Source: Bdellovibrio sp. (GTDB taxonomy: Bacteria > Bdellovibrionota > Bdellovibrionia > Bdellovibrionales > Bdellovibrionaceae). Taken from it: 64,000 nucleotides of DNA. Below the pieces are notes generated by a model that saw nothing but the letters and a program-made list of their open reading frames with translations, searched no databases and was not told the origin of the DNA. Location: positions 320,001 through 384,000 of the forward strand of contig JAKFBS010000002.1 in NCBI GenBank assembly GCA_036677065.1, in the 5' to 3' direction. Position numbers and translations under genes: made by a program. Positions 9,850-20,501 of this stretch are shown here, piece by piece (position 1 is the stretch's first letter; each line of letters opens with the position of its first letter).

Positions 9850-11295
9850 TTAATGGGGTAAAAAAACTTTTTGCAGTCGACCAGTTTTTTTTGACTTTAA
9901 GACTGCGGCGTTGATGTCAGTAATTTTCAAATCAGATTTTTTAGATGAAGCACATTTTACGTTAATCGGATCAATTTCAAACGGAGCTTCCTGTAAGTTC
10001 GAATGTTTTTTTCTATAATAATTATATTCTAAATTATTCAACACAATATATTGAACGCGCTCAGAAAGAAGTTTTGCTATATTGTCCGCTCCGGAAATCG
10101 CATCTTCACGTTTAATGCGACCATCTTTAAAATATGGACTCAGCGCCGGGTAGACAAAACCAAGAGCAGTGCCGAGTGTTCTTCCTTTCAAGTCTTTTAA
10201 AGATTTCAAGTGAAGATCCGACATAGTTTTTTTTAGGCCAACGATAAGATTAGATTGTTTGAAAATTGGAATACTCCAATTGTAATCTTTCGCATAACTT
10301 CCGGCCCAGGCTTCTGTGTTGTAACAGACTAGTTCGATTACACCGTCGGCAAGTTCAGAGTCTAGCCTTTTTCTGGGGGATAACATAAAGCGAATAGGTC
10401 GCTTAAGTTTTCTTCCGATCTCAAGGCCTAAATCAAAAAAAAGCCCACCCTGAATGATCGGGGTTTCAGTGCTGTTATCAAACTGTAAAAATGGAGGAGA
10501 ATTGTTGTCATTCATCCCGTACATAATCGGTCGGGGTATCGTTTTTGAATTTGAGTACCGGGTATATATTTTTTGAAATTCTTTTTTGTTTTTAAGATTG
10601 GCTATCGCTTTATTTAATTTCTTTAACGGTACCGAAGATTTTTTAGAAAGCGAACACTGGATCTCACTTTTATTAAGAGTAAATGAACTTTTTTGCAACT
10701 GGGGATAAATTGTCTTATAAAAATTAAATTCAATTTCACTCATGACGATGTGATCAATGCGATTATCAAGCAGTTTTTTTAAACTTTCGGTAACTGTAGC
10801 AGAATCGTCTCTTTGTAAAACCTTATTCTTAAATTTTTCTTCTAACTCATGGTAAAAAACTTTTTCAACGGTTCCAATTGTGATGTTAGTTACATGTTCA
10901 GGATTTTTAAATTGAATCTCTTTTATACCAACTAAGACATCTGAGTTGGTATAAAGGGTGTTGCTCCATAAAAATTCATCTTTAAAAGCAGAATTCCATT
11001 CAGAGCTGCTGTGGCAAACAAGATCAAGATTACCCTCTTTTAAGTCCTGAATCATTTTTGATCCGGGTAAAGGTAAAACTGAGTAATCTTGATTTAAATC
11101 TTCAGCGATGGCCACGGTGACTTCGTAAATAAACCCACCAGTTGCCAAGGAAAAATTAGGATCATCAAATTGGTATAAAAGGGGCGCGGTAGAGCTCTTA
11201 TCAATCCCAAATTTAATATGAGCAGCGCCGGCTTCTGAGGTTAAGTGTGAGACAAGAACGTAAATTGAGATAAAGAAAAATAAGAACTTTTTCAC
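9850..11295 (-). CDS. Periplasmic protein with two tandem family-3 substrate-binding domains
   Basis: Signal peptide; two repeats each with PP/APL start, G..DLVC, GT..G..Y..L, R.D and L...R motifs. Confidence 0.75.
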   Translation of the reverse strand: MKKFLFFFISIYVLVSHLTSEAGAAHIKFGIDKSSTAPLLYQFDDPNFSLATGGFIYEVTVAIAEDLNQDYSVLPLPGSKMIQDLKEGNLDLVCHSSSEWNSAFKDEFLWSNTLYTNSDVLVGIKEIQFKNPEHVTNITIGTVEKVFYHELEEKFKNKVLQRDDSATVTESLKKLLDNRIDHIVMSEIEFNFYKTIYPQLQKSSFTLNKSEIQCSLSKKSSVPLKKLNKAIANLKNKKEFQKIYTRYSNSKTIPRPIMYGMNDNNSPPFLQFDNSTETPIIQGGLFFDLGLEIGRKLKRPIRFMLSPRKRLDSELADGVIELVCYNTEAWAGSYAKDYNWSIPIFKQSNLIVGLKKTMSDLHLKSLKDLKGRTLGTALGFVYPALSPYFKDGRIKREDAISGADNIAKLLSERVQYIVLNNLEYNYYRKKHSNLQEAPFEIDPINVKCASSKKSDLKITDINAAVLKSKKTGRLQKVFLPH

Positions 11296-11527
11296 ACTGT
11301 GAAGATAAAATATTCTGATCTGATTAGCTATTTCAAACTTAATTCATAACGAGAGCTGGCAAATAGCGGGGTTACTTACCTCGTTAATTTTTTTTGTTCA
11401 TGCGAAGAATATGTCTCTTAGCCCATCAATTTCACAGACTTTTAACATGAGCCTGCGAGTAGGGGTTTTGAAATTTATTTTTTTAACATTGATTCGAAGC
11501 AGTTTTGTGACATAAAGTCATGTCTGG

Positions 11528-11911
11528 GTGATAACTATGATGCCAAAAGCTTCAGGAAAAATTTTAATTATAGAAGACGATAAAGATATCGCTTTTGTTT
11601 TAAAAACAATTATCGAGCTGGATGGTTATACCGCGTTGATTGCAGAAAACGGCAAGATTGCACTTGATTTAATCAAGAGTGATGGTCCTTTCCAATTGAT
11701 ATTTCTCGATATGCAGATGCCTGTCATGAATGGCTGGCTCTTTGCTGAAAATTTTTATAGTTTATATGGTCATGCTTCGCCAATCGTTGTTATGACCGCA
11801 GCCGCAGACAGCAAGCAAAGAGCAAAAGAAGTTAATGCAAATGACTGTTTGGCTAAGCCCTTTGAAGTCACAGATTTTCAGGCCATGGTTCAAAAATATC
11901 TTCCCCATTGA
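11528..11911 (+). CDS. Single-domain response regulator
   Basis: ILIIEDD, LDMQMPVMNG, MTA, KPF. Confidence 0.9.
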   Translation: MITMMPKASGKILIIEDDKDIAFVLKTIIELDGYTALIAENGKIALDLIKSDGPFQLIFLDMQMPVMNGWLFAENFYSLYGHASPIVVMTAAADSKQRAKEVNANDCLAKPFEVTDFQAMVQKYLPH

Positions 11912-11921
11912 ATGAGCGTAT

Positions 11922-13331
11922 ATGAAGTTGCCAATAGTAAGATCAATTGTATTTTACGTTAGCATACTGCTGGTTGTTACAGTAACGCTGGCTCTTGGCG
12001 TATATGGTTTTCTGAATTATTCAGAGATCAAAAATAGTCGCATCAGTAATCTAAAATCGAATCTTTCAATCCAAACCAGTCAGCTATCAATTGCTTTGGC
12101 GCTACCTGGCTGGAATCTTGACAACTTCGGAGTAGATAGAATTATCGACAGCTTTTTGTTGGATCGTAATATCAGTGCCGTCGTCGTAGATGTGGGCGAT
12201 GAAGAAAAAAGTATTCGAATTCGAGATTCTGATTGGCAGATCGTAACGAGTAAAACGGTTCCACTGTTAACCGAAGAATTTAAAGAAGAAAAAGAGATTG
12301 TTTTTAAAAATGAAGTTATTGGTTCTGTGCAAGTCTATGTTACGCCAAAGTTTATACAACAAGAACTCATTGGAATAGTTATTCGAATCGTATTCTTTAC
12401 GGTCGTCCTTGATTTGGTGCTTGTTTTGCTTCTGTATTTTCTTTTAAGCCGTAATGTGCTGAAGCCATTAACCGAAATTGAGCGCTATGCGCTGGCTGTG
12501 AGCTCTACGGGGGCTGTTCCTAATTTACAAATGGGTCGATATTTTTTAACTGAATTGCGAAGTCTTACAGTTTCTATCGAAGATATGGTGACCCAATTGA
12601 TTAAAGCTAAATCAGATGCAGAACTGATCGGTAATATCAAAAGCCAATTTCTGGATATTGCGGCTCATGAATTGAAAACTCCGGTAACGGCACTTGGCTT
12701 ATTGGTTGATATGGCAAATGTTTACGTGAGTAAAGGCATGCCACTTGGTAAGTCTGATCTGGAAAGAATTAAAAAACAGACTCATCGTCTTAAAACTCTT
12801 CTGGAAGATCTTTTAGATGTGTCGCGAATGGAAAGAGGATTTCTTGTTATGCGGCCGGTTCACACGGATATAGTGGCCTTAGTCAGCGAGAGCGTGGATG
12901 ATTACAGAAATCAAGTGCCTTCTCGCAATTTTATTTTTACGAAACCAGACGCTGTAATTATTCTTGATATTGATCCTGAAAGAATTAACCAAGTTCTTGG
13001 AAATCTTTTAAATAATGCCATTCACTACTCACCTGAGGGAAGTCCGATAGAAGTGTCAATTAGTGCTTCAGAAAAAGTTATCAGGGTGTCTATCAAAGAT
13101 TACGGTCCGGGGATTTCAGAAAAGCTTCAGACAAAATTATTTACCAGATTTTTTAGAGTTATCTCAAATGAATCGGCTATTCATCCGGGGCTTGGTTTGG
13201 GCCTGTATATCAGTCGTTCGATAATTGAAATGCATGGCGGAGTCATAGGTGTAAACAGCGAAGAAGGGCATGGAAGCACCTTTTATTTCGACTTGCCACG
13301 CGTGCGTAGCGGAACTCCTGAATTTAATTAG
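11922..13331 (+). CDS. Membrane sensor histidine kinase
   Basis: 2 TM with periplasmic loop, HAMP-like linker, AHELKTP, NLLNNAIHY, DYGPGI, GLGLGL. Confidence 0.92.
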   Translation: MKLPIVRSIVFYVSILLVVTVTLALGVYGFLNYSEIKNSRISNLKSNLSIQTSQLSIALALPGWNLDNFGVDRIIDSFLLDRNISAVVVDVGDEEKSIRIRDSDWQIVTSKTVPLLTEEFKEEKEIVFKNEVIGSVQVYVTPKFIQQELIGIVIRIVFFTVVLDLVLVLLLYFLLSRNVLKPLTEIERYALAVSSTGAVPNLQMGRYFLTELRSLTVSIEDMVTQLIKAKSDAELIGNIKSQFLDIAAHELKTPVTALGLLVDMANVYVSKGMPLGKSDLERIKKQTHRLKTLLEDLLDVSRMERGFLVMRPVHTDIVALVSESVDDYRNQVPSRNFIFTKPDAVIILDIDPERINQVLGNLLNNAIHYSPEGSPIEVSISASEKVIRVSIKDYGPGISEKLQTKLFTRFFRVISNESAIHPGLGLGLYISRSIIEMHGGVIGVNSEEGHGSTFYFDLPRVRSGTPEFN

Positions 13332-14112
13332 GGCGTAATGTCGTAGCGATCTTCCATAACTTAAATTGCTCAGATTGCTTGAATTTACTGAGTAAAGCAT
13401 TAATCTCTTGCACCGAAGGCCGAATATTTTTTCTTACAATCACAGTGTGTAAATAATGTTGATCAACCTTGTTTGAAATTAAAATCTTGGCACGAGCTTC
13501 TGGGTGGGTGATAAAATACCAACTCAAAAATGCATCCGACACGATGGCGATATCACCGCGATCGCGAAGGATCATTTTAACGCTTCCTTCGTTGCTGGTC
13601 GATGCTTGCATATTGAATTTTTCACGCAAGTAACTGACATCTGCATTAAAGTTTGCAAAGCCATAGTGATAACCTAGCATTCCAACCATGGATTTGCCAG
13701 TGAAGTCGGTGAAGTAGTCTTGCCCGCGTCCCGGCTTCATTTTAGCGATGTAGATTTCTTTTCCACGCATGTAAACCATCGATGCGTCCACGTCGGCTTT
13801 ATCCCAGCCCCATTTAATATTATCAAAAAAGCTCAGATCATAAGAGCCATTTTTGAAGTCGCGGATTTTTCGCATGGCCGATGTTTGAACGGGCTCGAAT
13901 TTGTAGGTGCTCTGAACAGAGTTCATGTAATCCAGCATCTCTATGATCATGCCGCCGGTTTTGCCGTTGGCTTCAACTTCAATGTAGGGCGGAAAATGAA
14001 CCACGCCAACTTTTACAATCAATGGTTTTTTATGAGCAGGAGTGTCAGCCCAAGCATCGCTTGGGTTCATTGAAGACAGTAAGCAAAAGATAGCTGCTAT
14101 TAGTAATTTCAT
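13324..14112 (-). CDS. Family-3 substrate-binding periplasmic protein
   Basis: Signal peptide, HFPPY, GYHYGFA, RGDIAIV. Confidence 0.75.
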   Translation of the reverse strand: MKLLIAAIFCLLSSMNPSDAWADTPAHKKPLIVKVGVVHFPPYIEVEANGKTGGMIIEMLDYMNSVQSTYKFEPVQTSAMRKIRDFKNGSYDLSFFDNIKWGWDKADVDASMVYMRGKEIYIAKMKPGRGQDYFTDFTGKSMVGMLGYHYGFANFNADVSYLREKFNMQASTSNEGSVKMILRDRGDIAIVSDAFLSWYFITHPEARAKILISNKVDQHYLHTVIVRKNIRPSVQEINALLSKFKQSEQFKLWKIATTLRPN

Positions 14113-14118
14113 TTCTTT

Positions 14119-14820
14119 TTATAAAGTCGCGTAAACTTTATGGGTGTCATCAAGATCATCTACGGCCTGTAGAAATTCTTGAACTTCTTTAGCCTGAGCT
14201 TCGCTTAATGTGGCATGATCTTTAGCTTTGTAACCTAAGTACGCTGAAGTTATTGTCCAGCCACGAGCCTTAAGTGCATCGTTCACAGACATCAGACCAT
14301 CAGCAGGTGTAATAAATTCGTAAGATCCATCATCGTTTTTCGAAGCGTCGTCTGCACCTGCTTCGATAGCTTCTTCATCGATATCAAAACTTCCTGATTT
14401 TGTTGCTTCAATAAATCCACAACGTAAAAACATCCAGGCAACTGAACCTGTCTCGCCAAGATTACCGTCGTGTTTTTTAAATACCGAACGCATCTCTGGA
14501 GCCGTTCTATGTTTGTTATCGGTTTGGCATTCAACGATTACGCCTACGCCGTGCGGAGCATAACCTTCGTAAGTTAATTCTTCGATGATTTTTCCGTCAT
14601 CTAATAAACCCGCACCTTTTTTAATAGCACGGTCAATTGTATCATTCGGGCAAGAAATCTTTTTTGCCACATCAATAGCTAAACGAAGACGGGCATTCAT
14701 ATCAGGATTCGGGCCTCCTGCTTTTGCGGCTACCGAGATCTCTCGGGCAGCTTTTGTGAACAATTGCCCTTTTTTCTGAGCATTCTCTGATTTGCCGGCG
14801 GCTTTCCAACCTTTTCCCAT
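14119..14820 (-). CDS. yebC: YebC/PmpR family protein
   Basis: GGPNPDMNARLR, YEGYAPHGV, TDNKHRT, GSVAWMF. Confidence 0.93.
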   Translation of the reverse strand: MGKGWKAAGKSENAQKKGQLFTKAAREISVAAKAGGPNPDMNARLRLAIDVAKKISCPNDTIDRAIKKGAGLLDDGKIIEELTYEGYAPHGVGVIVECQTDNKHRTAPEMRSVFKKHDGNLGETGSVAWMFLRCGFIEATKSGSFDIDEEAIEAGADDASKNDDGSYEFITPADGLMSVNDALKARGWTITSAYLGYKAKDHATLSEAQAKEVQEFLQAVDDLDDTHKVYATL

Positions 14821-14926
14821 TCAATAAACTCCTAATTAAAAGAGACCATGTTAAAACTTACCTTAAGGGTTTGTCTAGGGATGAGCTTGCGCGCGAAGCG
14901 ATTTTGGACTATTTCATTAACTGTAT

Positions 14927-15700
14927 ATGTGGGCTTTTGCTGAAAAAAACATCTTTAAAAAAATCGAAATGGTTAAGAATATGACCACTTTAGATAATAT
15001 TGTTGGTCTATCTACAAAAGACCTAGCCCCGGCCCGTGATATCACGGTGATGCCGCTTCGTTTTCATCCAGATAAAAAAGGCCTATCGACGAACGAAGGT
15101 CAGGCCCGTATGCTGCATGATTTGGCCAATATTGAACTTCAAGCTATGGAATTAGGTCTACGCACGCTTTGTGATTTTAAAGAGGCGCCCGAGGCTTTTA
15201 AAGAAGAACTTTATGCAGTTACAAAATCTGAAGCCGATCATCTAGAAATGTGTTTAATCGAAATCGACAAGCTAGGATTTAAATGGGGAGACTGGCCAGC
15301 GCACACCGCTTTGTGGGATTGCACCAGTGCGAGTGATTCATTGTTAGATCGTATTTTGATCGTGCATCGTTATCTTGAAGGTTCAGGTCTTGATGCTGGT
15401 GATACTTTAATTCGTCGTTTAAAAGGCGTTGATGCAAAATCAGTTTTAATGGCTGTTGAAAGAATTAACCGCGAAGAAGTCGGGCATGTCCTATTTGGCT
15501 CTGAATGGTATGTTAATATTTGTAATTTAGAAAAACTTGATCCTGAAACAGATTATCCGCAGCGTATGCGTGATTTGCGGTGGTCACTACCGAAGCGCAT
15601 GGAGCCCATTAATGTCGATATTCGTAAAAAAGCAGGTTTTACCGATTTAGAAATTAAATATCTGCAAAACTTAAGAGAATCGTTTTTAGAAAAACGCTAA
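14927..15700 (+). CDS. DUF455 ferritin-like di-iron protein
   Basis: LHDLANIELQA, EADH, LEGSGLDAG, EEVGHV. Confidence 0.8.
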   Translation: MWAFAEKNIFKKIEMVKNMTTLDNIVGLSTKDLAPARDITVMPLRFHPDKKGLSTNEGQARMLHDLANIELQAMELGLRTLCDFKEAPEAFKEELYAVTKSEADHLEMCLIEIDKLGFKWGDWPAHTALWDCTSASDSLLDRILIVHRYLEGSGLDAGDTLIRRLKGVDAKSVLMAVERINREEVGHVLFGSEWYVNICNLEKLDPETDYPQRMRDLRWSLPKRMEPINVDIRKKAGFTDLEIKYLQNLRESFLEKR

Positions 15701-16992
15701 TAAAAATAATCGCCTTTTTCTTCGCTCCTATAGCGGCGATTAATAATTTTAAATATGTTATCATTAGCGACGCCAATAAATTCAGAGCCTAGCCGCTTTT
15801 TTAAAGAAGCGGGCTCACGTTCGATATCCGTACTCTGTTCATCCTGTGTAGGTGCTGCTGTTGTTTTTGTTTCGGATATTGCCACTGTCATCGAAGATGT
15901 TTCTTCTGTACTTTTGACTGTGACATTTGCCAGAGCCGCATTGGTAGAGTTAGTTGCGGCGGGCGTCACAGATGTAAGATTCGACAAACCTTTGTCCTTA
16001 AGTTTATTCAAATCTGAAAAATCATTCTTTGAATAAACACCGCCACCTTTAACTGAAATTGATCCATCTGTATTTGTTGAATATAAATTCTGCGCTGCTA
16101 CTGTAATACCTTTGGTTCCTGCATATTTTTGTTTTAAAATTCCTCGAACGGCTTGTTGAAGCTGTGAAGACGGGGGAGTTGCATTGCGTGATAAATTCAA
16201 ACATCCCGGTGCGCTAGGTGGACTGCATAAACCTGTCAGAGGATCATAGGAAATTGCAGTAAGCGGAGAAGAAGTAACTCCAGGAATTACCGTAACGGTA
16301 ATTCCTGACACCGAAGTGACCACACTTCCGGTAAAAAAAGCGAGAGCTCTATCTAGAGCGCTTTCACAATTTTCTTGGCTCGTTGTAATTTGGTTTTTTG
16401 CAATGCAGGCCACATTTCGTGCTTGCTGATGTTGATTAACCTGATCTTGAGCCTGTCTTTGAGCCAACAGATACGCGGCGCCAGTGGCATACAGCTCTGT
16501 TCTTTGGTTGTAACAGCCCGACGAAGACACCGAAGCGCATTCTCCCGCTAGCGAAAGTTTACTTAACCCTTCAGTCATTGCACTTTCTGCGGTAATTAAG
16601 TAAGTTGTTTCGCCTTCTGTATTTGCCCGCATAATTTGTGCAAGCGCTCCGACAGCCGACGTACTAGTAATGGATACAGCGTCTAACTGTTCTGTAGTTA
16701 GCGTTGCAGAGGGTGTTAAAGTGTTAATATTTACATTCTGATTGTAGATATCAGTTTGTTCACTGCTTCCGCTTGTCGGCTGCACTACCGTTGATCCACT
16801 TAAAGTAAAAGACGTGGCAGCGGCCGTACCCGAGCTTTGAGCAGATGCGCGATTGTTGGCGATACATGCATTATAACTATCTATCATAGAAGCTGTGGGA
16901 GACGAAGGTAAAGGTGTACACGCTGTATAATAGCTTTGGGCTAGTGCAAATTTTGTGAAAAATAAAACGGTAATGATTCCAAGTTTTTTCAT
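15697..16992 (-). CDS. Secreted Ser/Thr/Ala-rich Cys-paired protein
   Basis: Signal peptide, low complexity, C-terminal IGVANDNIFKIINRRY. Confidence 0.7.
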   Translation of the reverse strand: MKKLGIITVLFFTKFALAQSYYTACTPLPSSPTASMIDSYNACIANNRASAQSSGTAAATSFTLSGSTVVQPTSGSSEQTDIYNQNVNINTLTPSATLTTEQLDAVSITSTSAVGALAQIMRANTEGETTYLITAESAMTEGLSKLSLAGECASVSSSGCYNQRTELYATGAAYLLAQRQAQDQVNQHQQARNVACIAKNQITTSQENCESALDRALAFFTGSVVTSVSGITVTVIPGVTSSPLTAISYDPLTGLCSPPSAPGCLNLSRNATPPSSQLQQAVRGILKQKYAGTKGITVAAQNLYSTNTDGSISVKGGGVYSKNDFSDLNKLKDKGLSNLTSVTPAATNSTNAALANVTVKSTEETSSMTVAISETKTTAAPTQDEQSTDIEREPASLKKRLGSEFIGVANDNIFKIINRRYRSEEKGDYFY

Positions 16993-17082
16993 TATCGCTT
17001 AACTGATCGGTTCGGCGGTTTGTAAACATTAATTTATTTGTCTTATTTTGAGAAAAATAAACACCGAACCCAGGTATGACGG

Positions 17083-17610
17083 TTAGTTGGCTGGAAATGT
17101 ATTAAAAGTGCAGCGGTGATTGTAATCTGCAGAACTCGTTACAGTTAGCGCGGGAGTCCATTCGCGAATAAATTCGCCACGATCCCAAACTCCATTGCCG
17201 TTATCATCAATAAACTGGCGCGCAGCAAAGTAGTATGGAATGTTTGCTTTAAATGACTGTTTTAGACCTGAAGCATTGATATATGTCGTAGCTAATTCAG
17301 AACCTGCAATACCGCGATCACCGTGAACAAAACATGTCGAAAGCGAGCGGCAGTCTGTTGCAGTGTCGCCGCCCGCAGTGATTAAAAATCCTGAGTTTGG
17401 ATTTGTTATCATCCAAGTCGGTGAAGAGCTAGATACTCGCCATTCAATAGCATATCTTGAATCATATTCGGCGACCTGCAGATAACAACTGTTTGGAGTT
17501 CCTGCTCCTTGGTTTTGTTCGGTACGGCTAGCGATATAGATCTGGCGATAAGGCGCAGAAAATGCGGCTGTCGCGGATAATAAAAAAGATCCTAAAATTA
17601 ATAGTTTCAT
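17083..17610 (-). CDS. Secreted single-domain protein, paralogue of the C-terminus of 25480..26997
   Basis: Signal peptide, AGGAG SD, near-identical blocks shared with 26557..26994. Confidence 0.85.
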   Translation of the reverse strand: MKLLILGSFLLSATAAFSAPYRQIYIASRTEQNQGAGTPNSCYLQVAEYDSRYAIEWRVSSSSPTWMITNPNSGFLITAGGDTATDCRSLSTCFVHGDRGIAGSELATTYINASGLKQSFKANIPYYFAARQFIDDNGNGVWDRGEFIREWTPALTVTSSADYNHRCTFNTFPAN

Positions 17611-17710
17611 GGTGTGGATTCTCCTAGTGCAATTTTGAATTGTTAAGAAGTAAACCGCTAGTCCAGTAGACTTTTTTTTGGTTGCCGATCTTAGAATTAA
17701 GAAACCAAAT

Positions 17711-18463
17711 TTAGATATCTTCCTTATCAGTCACAAAACGCCACTGGCCCTCAGGCAAGTCGCCTAGTTTCAAATTGCCAGTGCGAACGCGTTTTAGTCC
17801 GTTAACTTTAAGGCCAACAAGCTCACACATTCTTCTGATTTGACGTTTTTTACCTTCTTTTAATATAAAACGTAATTGATCTTCATTGATCCATTCAACT
17901 TTTGCGGGCTTTAATTTTTCGCCATCTAATTCAAGACCAAAATTTAAAAGTTTAAGCTTAGCCTGCGGAAGTGTGTTTTCAGGGCCCAAGTATTTAACAC
18001 GCACTAGGTATTCTTTTTCGATTTCAGAATTTTCGCCAATCACTTTTTTAGCAAGACGTCCATCTTGCGTGAAAATTAAAATACCTTGTGAATCGATATC
18101 TAAACGACCGATAACTGCGATATTTTTTAAATCACCCATTTTTAATTGTTGTCTGTAAGTCGGGTGATCTCTGAATTGGTTTTCATCGGTGATTAATCTG
18201 ATTGCTGGTTCGTAACCAGGTTCAGGTTGGGATGAGACATAGCCAATCGGTTTGTTTAACATAATAGTTATTAGGTTTTTCTGCTTAGCCATGGCTTCTG
18301 CAGAGAGCGTAATTTTTACGTCAGGTAAAACTTTACTTCCAAGCTCGCTGACGACTTGTCCATTAACAGAAACATAGCCCTTAGCAATATATTCATCAGC
18401 TTCTCTGCGTGAGCAGATTCCACGTTCTGACATTAATTTAGAAAGTCTTATTGGATCAGCCAT
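17711..18463 (-). CDS. rRNA pseudouridine synthase (RsuA/RluB/RluF family) with S4 domain
   Basis: [31 protein letters not shown]. Confidence 0.92.
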   Translation of the reverse strand: MADPIRLSKLMSERGICSRREADEYIAKGYVSVNGQVVSELGSKVLPDVKITLSAEAMAKQKNLITIMLNKPIGYVSSQPEPGYEPAIRLITDENQFRDHPTYRQQLKMGDLKNIAVIGRLDIDSQGILIFTQDGRLAKKVIGENSEIEKEYLVRVKYLGPENTLPQAKLKLLNFGLELDGEKLKPAKVEWINEDQLRFILKEGKKRQIRRMCELVGLKVNGLKRVRTGNLKLGDLPEGQWRFVTDKEDI

Positions 18464-19215
18464 TATTTAATATTTATCCCACCGTCGATATTATGAACAG
18501 CACCCGTTGTCCAAGTTGATTGTTCTGAACCAAAAAAGAAAATACTTTCAGCGACGTATTCAGGTCGACCGATTTTTTTCAATAATTGCATATCAGTAAT
18601 GCCCGCGTGAATTTTATCTTTTGCTGATGCTGGAGCGTTGTAGAAATCGTGAATTGGAGTTTCGACGATTCCTGGGCAAATAGCGTTAGCGCGAATATTA
18701 AACTCTCCGCCTTCTTGAGCTAAAGCGGTTGTCCAGTTTACCATGGCAGCCTTAGACGCAGAGTACGCTGATGTATTGGGGGCTGGTTTAATACCTAAAG
18801 TAGAGGCTACATTTACGATTGAACCACGTTTGTTCGCTTTAAATACCGGCCATAAGCTTTGTGTAATTTTAACTGAACCAAAAAGATTTACTTCAAACAT
18901 GTCTTTCCAGACATCTAATGAAGTATCGTCAGGTTTGTTTTGGGTATAAATGCCGGCGTTATTAACTAAAATCGTTGGCTTAGAAAGATTTGAAAGCTTG
19001 GCGTGAAGTTTAGTCGCATCAAAATCTTTTAAATCCATCGAAAGTGTTTCGATTTTGATATTAATATTTCTAGCCTGGGCTTGGATTTTAACTTTCTCTA
19101 ATTTTTCAGAAGATCTGCCGATTAAAAGTAAATCAAAACCTTCGCTGGCAAATTTGTAAGCTGCAGCTTCGCCGATTCCGCTACTCGCGCCAGTGATAAC
19201 TACAGCTTCTTGCAT
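18463..19215 (-). CDS. SDR oxidoreductase
   Basis: [17 protein letters not shown]. Confidence 0.9.
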   Translation of the reverse strand: MQEAVVITGASSGIGEAAAYKFASEGFDLLLIGRSSEKLEKVKIQAQARNINIKIETLSMDLKDFDATKLHAKLSNLSKPTILVNNAGIYTQNKPDDTSLDVWKDMFEVNLFGSVKITQSLWPVFKANKRGSIVNVASTLGIKPAPNTSAYSASKAAMVNWTTALAQEGGEFNIRANAICPGIVETPIHDFYNAPASAKDKIHAGITDMQLLKKIGRPEYVAESIFFFGSEQSTWTTGAVHNIDGGINIK

Positions 19216-20378
19216 TAGGCTTTATCCATTTCAATTTTTGCAATTGTTTGTAATTGCATGTTTGAAGTGCCTTCATAGATTTGGCCGATTTTAGCATCGC
19301 GCCAGAATTTTTCTACAGGATATTCTTTAGTGAATCCGTTACCGCCGAATAAATCGATCGCCATTGAAGTTACTTTTTCTGCAACTTTTGAAGAATAATA
19401 TTTTGCCATTGCTGCAGATTCGATAAAATCTTGGCCAGCATCTTTTAAGCGAGCGGCGTTGTAAACCATCAAGCGTGAGGCTTCTAATTCAATGCGCATT
19501 TGTGCTAATTGAAATTGAACACCTTGAAATTGGCCAATGGCTTTGCCGAATTGTTCGCGACCTTTGATGTAATTTAACGTTGCGTCATAGGCGCCTTGAG
19601 CGATACCCACCATTTGTGCGCCGATACCGATACGGCCTTCGTTTAAAGTTTCGATTGCAATTTTATAACCTTTGCCAACTTCGCCTAAAACGTTTTCTTC
19701 AGGCACTTCACAGTTTTCAAAAACTAATTCGCAAGTAGAGCTTGCGCGAATTCCAAGTTTGTCTTCTTTTTTACCAACGGTGAAACCTTTGAAACCTTTT
19801 TCAACGATGAATGCGGTAATACCTTTGTAACCTTTTGCTGGGTCCATATTCGCAAACACGATGAAAAACGAAGCTTCTTTACCATTTGTGATCCAAAGTT
19901 TGTGGCCATTCAGAATCCATTTGCCATCTTTTTTCTCAGCACGGCATTTTAAAGCGAATGCATCTGAACCAGATGATGATTCAGATAAGCAATAAGCGCC
20001 AACCCATTCACGAGCTAACTTTGGTAAATATTTTTCTTTTAATCCAGCAGTTCCGTAACGAATAACCGCGTTAGTTACTAATGTGTTTTGTACATCACAT
20101 AACACAGAAACAGAGCCATCGATGCGGCCTAATTCTTCGATCGCGATGCAAGCCATAGTGATTGATGAACCTGCGCCGCCGTATTGTTCAGGAGATTCAA
20201 TGCCCATTAAGCCCATTTCAAAAAGTTTTGAAACGATTTCTGGTTTCATTTGAGCTTGTTCATCCATGTGAGTCACATGAGGTTTAATTTCTGTTTCGGC
20301 AAAAGATCTTACTGCTTCACGGAAAGCCACTTCATCTTCAGACCACATAGTTAGAGCTGGGCGTGCATTTTCAATCAT
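19215..20378 (-). CDS. Short/branched-chain acyl-CoA dehydrogenase
   Basis: YCLSESSSGSD, KLWITNG, KLGIRAS, IYEGTSNMQ. Confidence 0.92.
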   Translation of the reverse strand: MIENARPALTMWSEDEVAFREAVRSFAETEIKPHVTHMDEQAQMKPEIVSKLFEMGLMGIESPEQYGGAGSSITMACIAIEELGRIDGSVSVLCDVQNTLVTNAVIRYGTAGLKEKYLPKLAREWVGAYCLSESSSGSDAFALKCRAEKKDGKWILNGHKLWITNGKEASFFIVFANMDPAKGYKGITAFIVEKGFKGFTVGKKEDKLGIRASSTCELVFENCEVPEENVLGEVGKGYKIAIETLNEGRIGIGAQMVGIAQGAYDATLNYIKGREQFGKAIGQFQGVQFQLAQMRIELEASRLMVYNAARLKDAGQDFIESAAMAKYYSSKVAEKVTSMAIDLFGGNGFTKEYPVEKFWRDAKIGQIYEGTSNMQLQTIAKIEMDKA

Positions 20379-20501
20379 TGATGTCTCCTTACGATTAACT
20401 TTTGTTTTTCGCTCACTAAATTAATGTCTATGTGGCAGAGATGCAAGTAACACTTTGTGTCAGATGGTGTTTTTTAATCGGGTACAGCAGACGATAGATT
20501 T

